Origin: Rubrobacteraceae bacterium
GTDB taxonomy: Bacteria; Actinomycetota; Rubrobacteria; Rubrobacterales; Rubrobacteraceae
Assembly (NCBI GenBank): GCA_050331175.1
Contig: JBHJHC010000021.1
Coordinates: 7,206 to 71,205, forward strand
Direction of reading: 5' to 3'
DNA: 64,000 nucleotides
The position numbers and the translations under genes were made by a program. The notes under the pieces are model-generated. The model did not search any database. It was not told where the DNA came from and saw only the letters and a program-made list of their open reading frames with translations. This document shows positions 35,092 to 43,596 of this stretch, piece by piece. Position 1 is the first letter of the stretch, and each line of letters opens with the position of its first letter.

Positions 35092-36561
35092 TTATCCGGA
35101 GTCCGGTCCAGTTGCCGCAGACCATATCGGGCGCATCTCCCACGAGTCAAGGGATTTCAGCTTCGCGCCCCCGCCGGACGGCAGCAGACCCAGGCCGAGG
35201 CTGCCGGGCAGGGAGGGGTAGATCCTGCCCGAGATGCACGCCCGGTCGTTGGCGAACACCTCGATCACGGAGCGGTCGAGGAAGATATGAAGCCTCAGCA
35301 GCTCGCCGGGATGGAGCTCTAGTTCTCCCCACCGGAGATCCCGCCGGACGTTGGGAGCCAGGCTGGACCGCGTGGTATCCAGGATCAAACGCCCGCGCCC
35401 GCTGTCGTACGCCACGATCGTCTCCTCTTCACCCCCCGGCGAAAGCCGCACTTTCAGGCCGAGGCTGGCAGCATCCCCCACCTCGAACACCGCCAGGATC
35501 TCCAAACTGTCTCCCCGAACGCCTTCGAGCATCCCGGAGGATGCGGGGGTGAGATCCAGATCCCCGAACCGGTGATGTTTGCCCCGGAGCCCTTGGAGCT
35601 CCGGGACGGGCTCTAAGCCGAGCTTACCGTCGGATCTCATAGACAATACCCGGGGCAAGGACAATACCCCAGCCCATCCGGCTTCCAGGGCCGCCCGCGC
35701 GTCCCGGCCTTCCCACAACCAGCCCCACATGATCCGGCGTCCCTCTTTATCCAGGAGCGTTTGCGGGGCGTAGAAGTATCCGCCAGGATCGATAATCCTC
35801 AGCATCTCCGGGATGAACTTGTGGTCGGCATACGCCCCGGCGAAGTACACGGTGTAGTGGGGGTCTTCACCGTCGAATACCGAGGCTAGGAGCACGTGTT
35901 TGTCTTCCAGCGCGAAGAAATCCGGACACTCCCACATCGAACCGGTCCAGGCCGGTTCGGTGCGGGTTTCGTCTCCAACGTATAGAGGGTGCACGTATTC
36001 CCAACGGATGAGATCCCCGGACCTGTAGAGCAAGGCGGCACCGCCTACGCCCTCGAGGCCGGATCCGACGATCTGGTACCAGGTATCGCCCTCCTTCCAC
36101 ACGCAATGGTCCCGGAAGCCGGTGGTGTTCAGTTCTTCGGGAGGCGAAGGGATTACCGGGTTTCCACCGTACTTCTTCCAGGCAACCAGCTCGTCGTCGA
36201 GGCTCGTCGCCAAACATGGCAGCTGGGCCTCGCCTCGCACGCCGGTGTAGATCAGGGTCGGCGTGCCACGGTCGTCAACCGCGCAACCGGAGTAGCAGCC
36301 GTCTTCGTCCGGCCCCCCGGGTGTCGGCGTCAGCGCAACCGGTAAGTCCTCCCAGTGCACCAGGTCCTCGCTCGCGGCGTGGCCCCACCGGATAGCGTCG
36401 TGGACCGGACTGTTAGGGTTGTACTGGTAGAAAAGATGGTACCGTCCCCGCCACTCCATAAGGCCGTTAGGGTCGTTGATCCAATTCGCCGGCGGCAAGA
36501 AGTGGTAAAGAGGACGATGCGGATCATTCGCCCAACTCCGCCGGTACATTATCTCACCCAT
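35092..36561 (-). CDS. GH32 beta-fructofuranosidase (sucrose-6-phosphate hydrolase/invertase/levanase family)
   Basis: Contains WINDPNG, FRD and WECPDFF catalytic blocks. I prefer the ATG at 36561 (GGGAGG 8 nt upstream); the track start is 36621. Confidence 0.85.
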   Translation of the reverse strand: MGEIMYRRSWANDPHRPLYHFLPPANWINDPNGLMEWRGRYHLFYQYNPNSPVHDAIRWGHAASEDLVHWEDLPVALTPTPGGPDEDGCYSGCAVDDRGTPTLIYTGVRGEAQLPCLATSLDDELVAWKKYGGNPVIPSPPEELNTTGFRDHCVWKEGDTWYQIVGSGLEGVGGAALLYRSGDLIRWEYVHPLYVGDETRTEPAWTGSMWECPDFFALEDKHVLLASVFDGEDPHYTVYFAGAYADHKFIPEMLRIIDPGGYFYAPQTLLDKEGRRIMWGWLWEGRDARAALEAGWAGVLSLPRVLSMRSDGKLGLEPVPELQGLRGKHHRFGDLDLTPASSGMLEGVRGDSLEILAVFEVGDAASLGLKVRLSPGGEEETIVAYDSGRGRLILDTTRSSLAPNVRRDLRWGELELHPGELLRLHIFLDRSVIEVFANDRACISGRIYPSLPGSLGLGLLPSGGGAKLKSLDSWEMRPIWSAATGPDSG

Positions 36562-36661
36562 CCTTACATCCTCCCACTTCTCCGCTATCATCCCCCGCCC
36601 AGGAAACTGCGGCAGACCCAAGTGTCCTAGAAGCCTGTGGAAGGGTAGCGTATCCTGTCTC

Positions 36662-38245
36662 TTACCACCACCAGATTACGACGGCGGCCGTTACCAGAAA
36701 GAGCACGATGGAAAGGTATCGGTAGTTGTAGTACCAGGGTATCTCTTCGAGTTCCCGAGATTCCTCCCGCCACAGTTCACGATGCCACGTCAACCCTTCA
36801 ATCTTCTCGTCCGGTGGCGGGTCCGTAGCCAGACTCACGCCGGCCAGGATCAGGAAACTAACGACCAACGAGATGCCGGAAGCATAGAGAAATTGGATCT
36901 TGAAGACCCCGAGTATCTCGTTCAGGACGAACCCAAACACGCCTAGAGGAACGCCTATGACCAGCGTGGCGAAACCGCCGTGCCGATTAGCCCGAGCCCA
37001 GAAAATACCGCCGAGAAACACTACTACTACCGGGGGTGTGATATACGCGAGCACTGACTGCAAGTATTGCCAGAGCGTGGGAAAGCGGGTTATTTGTGGC
37101 GCCCATATTATCGCGACGATCATGGCGACCACCGTGGCTATACGCCCGATGTACACCAGGGAGGCCTGACTGGTGTCGGGCCGGATCGTCTTGACGAAGT
37201 CCATTGTGACCATTGTGGCAGCCGAGTTGAGTACCGAGTCGACGCTGGAAGTGATGGCCGCAACCAGCGCCGCCAGAATTACGCCCCGCAGACCGACTGG
37301 CAAAAGGTCGAACGCCAGCGTAGGCCACACGAGGTCGGGGTTCTGAAGGTTTGGATAGAGTGCGAGAGCCATAGTTCCCGGGAGAACCATTATGAACAGC
37401 GGCGGTATCTTGAGAAATCCTGCGAACAACGAGCCCCACCTGCCATGGTTGAGGCTTCTCGCCCCCAACGTACGCTGCACGATGAGTTGGTTCGAGGTCC
37501 AGAAATATATCCCTATTATGAGTACACCGGTGAATAAGCCGGGCCAGGGTAATGCTTCGTCTCCGATAGGTTGGACGATGTGCAAAGCGCCTTCGGGAGC
37601 GGCCTCTTCAACCGCGCCCCAAGAAGGTATCGCCCGGTAAGTCAGAATAGAGATTACCATAGCCCCGATGATCAGTACGACGGCTTGTATTGAGTCGCTG
37701 ATCACCACGGCCCCGAGTCCGCCAAATACGGTATATATTCCCGCGAGCACGGCCAGCGCGAGGATATCTATCCACAGGGGGATCTCCGGGTACAGCGTCC
37801 GGATCACGATACCCCCCGCATATAGAGCAGCGGCCATGTCTATGAACATGTTCGCAAACAGGTTGAAACCGGAGAACGCCAATCGCGAGCGCACATCGTA
37901 GCGTTTTTCGAGGAACTCGGGCATCGTAAAGACCCTGGAGCGCAGGTAGAATGGCAGGATAAAGAAGATGAAAATTATCAGTATTATGGCCGCCATCCAC
38001 TCGTAGGAATAGACGGAGATACCAGAATTGTATCCGGCGCCCGCAAGCCCTACAAAGGAGCTACCGCTCATGTTGGTAGCAAAGAGCGAGAACCCGATCA
38101 GGGGCCACACAAAGTTGCGGCCGCCGAGGAAGTAGTCGTCCGAATCCTCGTTCTTACCGGCTAGTAACAAAGGTATTATTCTACTCGCGATAAGATACAC
38201 TACAAGAACAGTAATATCTATGGCGCCAACGCTTAGATCAGGCAC
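36662..38245 (-). CDS. Sodium:solute symporter (SSS family), copy 2
   Basis: 527 aa and collinear with 20024-21619. The GTG start has GGGAGG 5 nt upstream and an in-frame stop 15 nt upstream. Confidence 0.85.
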   Translation of the reverse strand: MPDLSVGAIDITVLVVYLIASRIIPLLLAGKNEDSDDYFLGGRNFVWPLIGFSLFATNMSGSSFVGLAGAGYNSGISVYSYEWMAAIILIIFIFFILPFYLRSRVFTMPEFLEKRYDVRSRLAFSGFNLFANMFIDMAAALYAGGIVIRTLYPEIPLWIDILALAVLAGIYTVFGGLGAVVISDSIQAVVLIIGAMVISILTYRAIPSWGAVEEAAPEGALHIVQPIGDEALPWPGLFTGVLIIGIYFWTSNQLIVQRTLGARSLNHGRWGSLFAGFLKIPPLFIMVLPGTMALALYPNLQNPDLVWPTLAFDLLPVGLRGVILAALVAAITSSVDSVLNSAATMVTMDFVKTIRPDTSQASLVYIGRIATVVAMIVAIIWAPQITRFPTLWQYLQSVLAYITPPVVVVFLGGIFWARANRHGGFATLVIGVPLGVFGFVLNEILGVFKIQFLYASGISLVVSFLILAGVSLATDPPPDEKIEGLTWHRELWREESRELEEIPWYYNYRYLSIVLFLVTAAVVIWWW

Positions 38246-38247
38246 AG

Positions 38248-38340
38248 TTACCTCCCTCTAGAACGGCTCTTCGCTACAAATCCCGGCCGCGTAAGCCATC
38301 GCTCGCCACGATAGCCAACCGCGTACCGCACGGGGTCCAT
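38248..38340 (-). other. Candidate 30-codon upstream ORF in the symporter leader
   Basis: GGAGGTG-ATG GAC CCC ... AGG TAA, with the stop 2 nt before the symporter GTG. The SD spacing is short (2 nt), so translation is doubtful. Confidence 0.2.
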
Positions 38341-38449
38341 CACCTCCGAAAAACCCAGGTATAGCCTCCGAAACCAGCCACTATCTGCCATGCCTCAGAC
38401 CGTCCACACTTGTTCTTCCAAGCACTTTTCCATCCCGCTGTTTCATTTA

Positions 38450-38463
38450 CTAACACGTTTTAG
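38450..38463. promoter_or_regulatory. LacI-type operator candidate 1 (CTAACACGTTTTAG; flanks extend to TTTACTAA-N6-TTAGTAAA)
   Basis: A 14-bp near-palindrome with a central CG. It lies 8-21 nt downstream of the predicted TSS of the symporter/GH32 promoter. Confidence 0.45.
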
Positions 38464-38477
38464 TAAATGGTTTTAGC

Positions 38478-38506
38478 ACTGTAACAGCCTTGTTGATTGC
38501 TGTCAA
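38478..38506 (-). promoter_or_regulatory. Candidate promoter TTGACA-17-TACAGT for the symporter-GH32 operon
   Basis: Minus-strand hexamers at 38506-38501 and 38483-38478 with an exact 17-nt spacer. Confidence 0.45.
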
Positions 38507-38580
38507 CGTTATGTGCTTGTACGCCTCGACGAGGTTTATTCGGCAGCCTGGGCGTAGACACCGGCTTGGTGTAAGATTTC

Positions 38581-38594
38581 CTAATACGTTTTAG
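38581..38594. promoter_or_regulatory. LacI-type operator candidate 2 (CTAATACGTTTTAG)
   Basis: Same 14-mer as site 1 except for one base. It ends 27 nt upstream of the LacI-family gene start. Confidence 0.45.
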
Positions 38595-38621
38595 TTCTAC
38601 AAACATGGAAGCCAGGAGGCT

Positions 38622-39638
38622 GTGACGCAAAGAAAGCGGGCACCAACGATCAGCGATATTGCACGGTTGGCGGGGGTTTCCCCGACCACGGTGTCGTTCG
38701 TGTTGAACGAAGTAAGCGGCAGCGGCATATCCGAGGAGACCCAGAGCAGGGTAAAGAGCTTTGCCCACGAGCTTGGCTACCGGCCAAACGCCACGGCGAA
38801 GCTGCTCAGGACGAATCGGTCTCACACCATAGGTTTCGTTACAGATGAGATAGCGTCCACTCCGTTTGCGGGAAATGTCATCAAGGGCGCCCAGGATGCA
38901 GCCTGGGACAACGAGAAGATCCTGATGATAGTAAACACGGACCGCAACCAGGAAATCAAAGAGTCTGCCGTGGAGATGATTCTGGAGCGTCGGGTAGAGG
39001 GGATCATCTACGCCGCCATGTACCATCAGGCCGTCGAGCCGCCAACCCGCTCTCACGAAGTGCCGCTGGTACTGCTCGATTGTTTCTCGGAAGACCTGGC
39101 CTTCACCTCCGTGGTTCCTGATGAGGTCTCGGGCGGCCACACGGCGACGGAGGTTCTGCTAGCCAAAGGGCACCGGAAGATCGGCTTCATCAACCTCACA
39201 CCCGGCCTGCCGGCGGCGGTTGGCCGCCTTGAAGGCTACAAACAAGCCCTGGCAGAGTATGGCGTCGGCTTTGACGCATCGTTGGTCAAGTACAGCGACG
39301 GCACGGCAAACGGCGGATACCTTTGCGCTTTGGAGATGTTGCGGCGCGAGGAACTCCCGACAGCAATCTTCTGTGGCACGGACCATGTAGCGATGGGCAC
39401 CTACGAGGCGCTGAAAGAGCGCGGCCTGAACATTCCCGAAGACGTGGCGATCGTCGGATTCGATAACCAGGAACTCATTGCTCCCCACCTTCGGCCCCCG
39501 CTCTCAACGGTTGCGCTACCACATTACGAAATGGGCCAACGGGCGGTAGAGCATCTCATCCGGCAGGCAGCGCACGCGCAGAGCACACCGGTGCAGCACA
39601 CCATTGCCTGTCCTTACGTCGAGCGTGAATCAGTTTGA
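38622..39638 (+). CDS. LacI-family transcriptional regulator
   Basis: Contains the HTH TISDIARLAGVSPTTVSFVLN and a periplasmic-binding-protein-like sugar-binding core. Confidence 0.85.
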   Translation: MTQRKRAPTISDIARLAGVSPTTVSFVLNEVSGSGISEETQSRVKSFAHELGYRPNATAKLLRTNRSHTIGFVTDEIASTPFAGNVIKGAQDAAWDNEKILMIVNTDRNQEIKESAVEMILERRVEGIIYAAMYHQAVEPPTRSHEVPLVLLDCFSEDLAFTSVVPDEVSGGHTATEVLLAKGHRKIGFINLTPGLPAAVGRLEGYKQALAEYGVGFDASLVKYSDGTANGGYLCALEMLRREELPTAIFCGTDHVAMGTYEALKERGLNIPEDVAIVGFDNQELIAPHLRPPLSTVALPHYEMGQRAVEHLIRQAAHAQSTPVQHTIACPYVERESV

Positions 39639-39642
39639 GGGA

Positions 39643-41085
39643 TCACGGCTTCATCGTGAACTCGAAGTCCGCGACCTCCTCTACGCCGCGGGCGGCGCGC
39701 AGGAGCAGGGGTTCGGTGAAGTGGTCGCTCATGAGCTGGACGCCCACGGGCAGGCCTTGCGAAAGGCCACCGGGGACGCTGATCGCCGGTATTCCGGCCA
39801 GGTTGGCCGGGATGGAGCAGATGTCCTGGTAGTACATGGCGAGCGGGTCGTCGACCTTGTCCCCGATCTCGAACGCCACCGTGGGCGAAATTGGGGAGAG
39901 CAGCACGTCGTAGCGGCTAAAGGCCGAACGGAAGTCCTCGACGATCCGGGTGCGGACCTTCTGAGCCTGGGCGTAGTAGGCCTCGTAGTAACCGCTGGAG
40001 AGGGCGTAGGTGCCGAGCATGATCCTGCGTTTCGCCTCGTCCCCAAAACCCTCTTCCCGCGTCTTTCGGTACATCTCGTGTACCCCGTCCGCCGGAACCC
40101 GCAGCCCGTAGCGCACGCCGTCGAAGCGGGCCAGGTTGGAGGAAACTTCTGCCGGGGCGATGATGTAGTAGGCTGGCAGCGCGTACTCCTGGTGTGGAAG
40201 CTGTGCCTCTCCTACCTCGGCCCCCGCACGCTCCAGTTCCCGGGCGACCTTCTCGACCACCGCGCGTACCCCCGGCTCGATCCCCTCTTTCATCAGCTCG
40301 CCAACCACCCCCACGCGGAGGCCGGCGACGCCGTCTTCGAGCCCTGACAGATAGTCCGGCACCTCGACGTTGGCGCTGGTGGAGTCCTGGGGATCATGGC
40401 CGGCGATCGCCTGCAATAACAGCGCCGCGTCGCGCACGTCGCGGGTCATGGGGCCGACCTGATCGAGGGAAGACGCGAAGGCGATCAGGCCGTGCCGCGA
40501 AACCCGTCCGTAGGTTGGCTTGAGCCCGACGATACCGCACAACGCCGCCGGCTGGCGCACCGAACCGCCGGTGTCCGTGCCCAGCGACCACCAGCCCTCC
40601 CCGGCGGCCACCGCGGCCGCCGAACCGCCGGAAGAGCCACCCGGCACCCGATCCAGATCCCAGGGGTTCCTCGCCGGGCCGTAAGCCGAGTTCTCCGTCG
40701 AGGAACCCATCGCGAACTCGTCGCAGTTGGCTTTGCCAACCATGATGATGTCTTCCCCGAAGTTCTGGAGCGCCGAAGCGTCGTAGAGTGGCTCGAACCC
40801 TTCCAGAATCTTTGAGCCGCACGTAGTCCGCACGCCGCGGGTAGAAAGAACGTCCTTTACGGCCAGCGGTACGCACTCCCAGAGCTTCACACCTCCGTTT
40901 CGCAGCCGGGCATCTACCTTCTCCGCCCGCCGGACGGCGATCTCGGGCGTCGTCGTGACGAAGGCGTTGACTTCACTTTCAACCGCTTCGACCCGCTCGT
41001 TGGCGGCCCCGGCGGCCTCGCGGGCGGAGATCTCCCCGGCCTCTATGCGCTGCGCCAGCTCGTAGGCTGTGAGGTCCAGCATCAA
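39643..41085 (-). CDS. gatA: Glu-tRNA(Gln)/Asp-tRNA(Asn) amidotransferase subunit A
   Basis: Contains the amidase signature GGSSGGSAAAVAAG and has full-length GatA similarity. Confidence 0.9.
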   Translation of the reverse strand: MMLDLTAYELAQRIEAGEISAREAAGAANERVEAVESEVNAFVTTTPEIAVRRAEKVDARLRNGGVKLWECVPLAVKDVLSTRGVRTTCGSKILEGFEPLYDASALQNFGEDIIMVGKANCDEFAMGSSTENSAYGPARNPWDLDRVPGGSSGGSAAAVAAGEGWWSLGTDTGGSVRQPAALCGIVGLKPTYGRVSRHGLIAFASSLDQVGPMTRDVRDAALLLQAIAGHDPQDSTSANVEVPDYLSGLEDGVAGLRVGVVGELMKEGIEPGVRAVVEKVARELERAGAEVGEAQLPHQEYALPAYYIIAPAEVSSNLARFDGVRYGLRVPADGVHEMYRKTREEGFGDEAKRRIMLGTYALSSGYYEAYYAQAQKVRTRIVEDFRSAFSRYDVLLSPISPTVAFEIGDKVDDPLAMYYQDICSIPANLAGIPAISVPGGLSQGLPVGVQLMSDHFTEPLLLRAARGVEEVADFEFTMKP

Positions 41086-41363
41086 TCTATCCTCGGCACG
41101 GCGAATAGGTCGTCCGCGGGCTCCGGGGCCACGGATAATGCTTCTTCCCGGGGCAATTCCTCGCGCGGCTCATCCGGGCGCAGCACGTTCGTCAGGCTGA
41201 GCGGGTTTGCCGTCGGCGGCACCCCGGCGAGGTCCAGCTCCCCGATCTTATCTATGCTCTCCAGAATGGCGCCCAGCTGCTCCCCCATTCTCGCGACCTC
41301 CTCGTCCGTCAAACCCAGCCGCGCCAGGTTTGCGACGTGGCGCACCTGCTCTTCGGATATCAT
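41082..41363 (-). CDS. gatC: Amidotransferase subunit C
   Basis: 93 aa, MISEEQVRHVANLARLGLTDEE... The stop overlaps the gatA start by 4 nt. Confidence 0.85.
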   Translation of the reverse strand: MISEEQVRHVANLARLGLTDEEVARMGEQLGAILESIDKIGELDLAGVPPTANPLSLTNVLRPDEPREELPREEALSVAPEPADDLFAVPRID

Positions 41364-41464
41364 CTATATGCCTCCATGCTCCGGATACTAACTTCCCTAT
41401 CTTAGCGTACCGTTAGCCGGTGGACCGCTGGTGGACCGGGCCAGCATCTACTCCGGGGCAGAGG

Positions 41465-42622
41465 CTATGAGCCGTTTAGCGCCTCCTCGGCGAGGCGGGC
41501 GCCTTCGACCATGTTGACGAGCTTCTCGTAGGAGACTTCCCAACTGCGGGTCCGAAGGCCGCAGTCGGTGTTTACCTCGATTCGCTCCGGGCCCAGCACC
41601 GCCGCCGCATAGAGGATACGGTCGCGCACCAGCTCCGGTGGTTCGACGAAATCCGTGTGGATGTCTATAACCCCGAGCCCGATCTTCCCCTCCCACGGGC
41701 TCTCCCGGAAGTTGCCGAGTATAGAGTAGCCGGGCCGATCCTCGCCCTTCGTACCGGTCTCCAGCGAGTCGCGGTTGGAAAACTCCAGCTGCAACTCATA
41801 GCAATTTTCAAGCTCTTCGATGTGGGGAAAGAGACAACCATAATCCGAAAAGCACACGTGCATGGAGCAGCGGGCCTCTATCCCCTCCCGGGTTGCGTTG
41901 AAGGTCTCGACGAGGAGCGGTACTTCGTTGGGGCGGGTGGTGGCGGCAGGCTCGTCGATCTGGACCCACCCGGCCCCGGCCTCGACTATCCCGGTCACGT
42001 TAGGTCTCACCAAGTCGCGGGCCGCATCCACCCCGAATTGCCGGCGCGCCGCTATCCGGCGCCCCGTCGAAGCTCCGAGTAAACTTTCCTCCCCAACGTA
42101 GTATTCGTCGTAGGACCAATCCATGATGGTATACGCTCCGGTGAAAGGAACCTTTATTGCCCGGTCGGTGTGCCCGCTGACGAACTGGTACTCTTCCAGA
42201 TCGTAGGCCGTTTCGACGAGTGGTCTCCCGACCACGGCGGCCTTGGTGTAGTACTTGTTGTCCCAGGAGCGGACCGTGCCCCGGGCCTCGAAACCCTTTG
42301 CATGCTTTACGGCATGGTCGTACATCTCGCTCCGGCGCTGCTCTCCATCGTAGACTACGTCGAGGCCGCTGCTCTCCAGGAGCCGGAGTCCGTAGAGGGC
42401 GGCGTAGTCCTGAATCCTCGCCTTTTCTGAGTCCGAGAACCCCGTGCCCTTCGAGAGCGTCTGTGCAAGCTCCTCCACGCCGGCTATTCCGAGCCGAGAG
42501 CCCCACTTGCGGGCGTACTCGACATCGGACTCGTCCACGGGCCGGCCAACGATGGGCTTCACGCGCCACCCGGGCTTGGCGAGGCTCCCGATCTCACGAG
42601 TAACGAACCTGACTTCAACCAT
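41465..42622 (-). CDS. Cobalamin-independent methionine synthase, catalytic (MetE C-terminal-like, Meth_synt_2) subunit
   Basis: Zn-site motifs are conserved: MHVCFSD (His-x-Cys), LQLEFSNRD (Glu) and VNTDCGLRTRSWE (Cys). Also contains the substrate block IDEPAA. Confidence 0.75.
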   Translation of the reverse strand: MVEVRFVTREIGSLAKPGWRVKPIVGRPVDESDVEYARKWGSRLGIAGVEELAQTLSKGTGFSDSEKARIQDYAALYGLRLLESSGLDVVYDGEQRRSEMYDHAVKHAKGFEARGTVRSWDNKYYTKAAVVGRPLVETAYDLEEYQFVSGHTDRAIKVPFTGAYTIMDWSYDEYYVGEESLLGASTGRRIAARRQFGVDAARDLVRPNVTGIVEAGAGWVQIDEPAATTRPNEVPLLVETFNATREGIEARCSMHVCFSDYGCLFPHIEELENCYELQLEFSNRDSLETGTKGEDRPGYSILGNFRESPWEGKIGLGVIDIHTDFVEPPELVRDRILYAAAVLGPERIEVNTDCGLRTRSWEVSYEKLVNMVEGARLAEEALNGS

Positions 42623-42623
42623 G

Positions 42624-43553
42624 CTACTGCTCCTCCTTCAGGATGCGGGCCGCCGCGCCGAGCCGCAGAACCTTCTCCCGGGCGATCCTCTCCGGTACGA
42701 ACTGCAGATCCCCGTTCGGCGCCAGATGCAAATCCCCCTCTAGTTCTTCCAGAAGTTGTCGGCCAAACTCCGCAACTATTTCGGGCTCCTCCAGCAAGGA
42801 GTTGCGGGCATCCACCACTCCCGCGAGCAGGATCTTTGGAAACGGGCGCGGCAAGGAAGCTATGTCCGTCGCGTAGAAATCCACCCCGATGGCCGCCACG
42901 TTCAGCCCCACTAACTCCCCGAGCAACCCTCCCGCATCACCGAATGGGAGCTGGAGCGCGAGTGGCACGGGGCTGTTCAACGAGCCCAGCGCCTCGCCGA
43001 GCCCGAAGATGTCGCCAGCCTCGCCATAGAGGGCGGTCTCCTGTAAGACGACCATAGCGCAACCGTTGCCGGCGAGCCATCTTATCTGGGGTCCGATCAC
43101 CGTTTCGGCCACGACGCGCGGCTCGAGTTTGTCTGTCGCAACCTGTGCCAGGGTGTACGGTGAAGGCAGCGTCGCAACCCATCTTTCGCGGGGCAAGTCG
43201 CCAATTCGGAAAAGAGGTTCTCCCACAGGCTCGACCAACCTCGGTGTCTCCGTTTCGGCCGCTGGCGCCCGGAAAAACGTATTCGTGTTCAGATAGCGCG
43301 TCAAAGGACCAGGATGCAGGCCCTGCGTCCCCGTAGAAAAGGGACGGAAGAGGTCCTGCCAGTTCAAGAGGCCGTCGGAGAGGTAGTCGAAACCCGCCTC
43401 ACGCTGAACTTCGAGGAAACCGTGCAGGTCTTCATCCCGCTGCTTCTCTACCACTTGCCCGGCGGCGCGCCCCCGATCCAGGTCGCGGGTGGCCTGCACC
43501 AACTCCTCCGTGCGGGCGTAAATGCCGGGCGCATAGGTTCTTATCTCCGGCAA
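42624..43553 (-). CDS. MetE N-terminal-like (Meth_synt_1) subunit
   Basis: AGFDYLSDG, RYLNTNTFFRAP (compare WFDTNYHYIVPE) and VVLQETAL (compare IQIDEPAL). It has no Zn ligands. Its stop is 1 nt before the catalytic-subunit start. Confidence 0.65.
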   Translation of the reverse strand: MPEIRTYAPGIYARTEELVQATRDLDRGRAAGQVVEKQRDEDLHGFLEVQREAGFDYLSDGLLNWQDLFRPFSTGTQGLHPGPLTRYLNTNTFFRAPAAETETPRLVEPVGEPLFRIGDLPRERWVATLPSPYTLAQVATDKLEPRVVAETVIGPQIRWLAGNGCAMVVLQETALYGEAGDIFGLGEALGSLNSPVPLALQLPFGDAGGLLGELVGLNVAAIGVDFYATDIASLPRPFPKILLAGVVDARNSLLEEPEIVAEFGRQLLEELEGDLHLAPNGDLQFVPERIAREKVLRLGAAARILKEEQ

Positions 43554-43596
43554 CCTCTTCTCCTCTCTCCGATTCGGAAATCAGCTATCGTGCTCC

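Noticed and set aside
38460-39140. 226-aa minus-strand ORF overlapping the LacI-family gene and its upstream region.
   Set aside because: It is antisense to a regulator with a clear HTH and sugar-binding core. It also starts inside the operator/promoter region.
41410-41440. GGTGGACCG repeated twice, 2 nt apart, between the MetE catalytic gene and gatC.
   Set aside because: It is a 9-bp direct repeat with no supporting promoter or terminator context. This is likely chance in GC-rich DNA.
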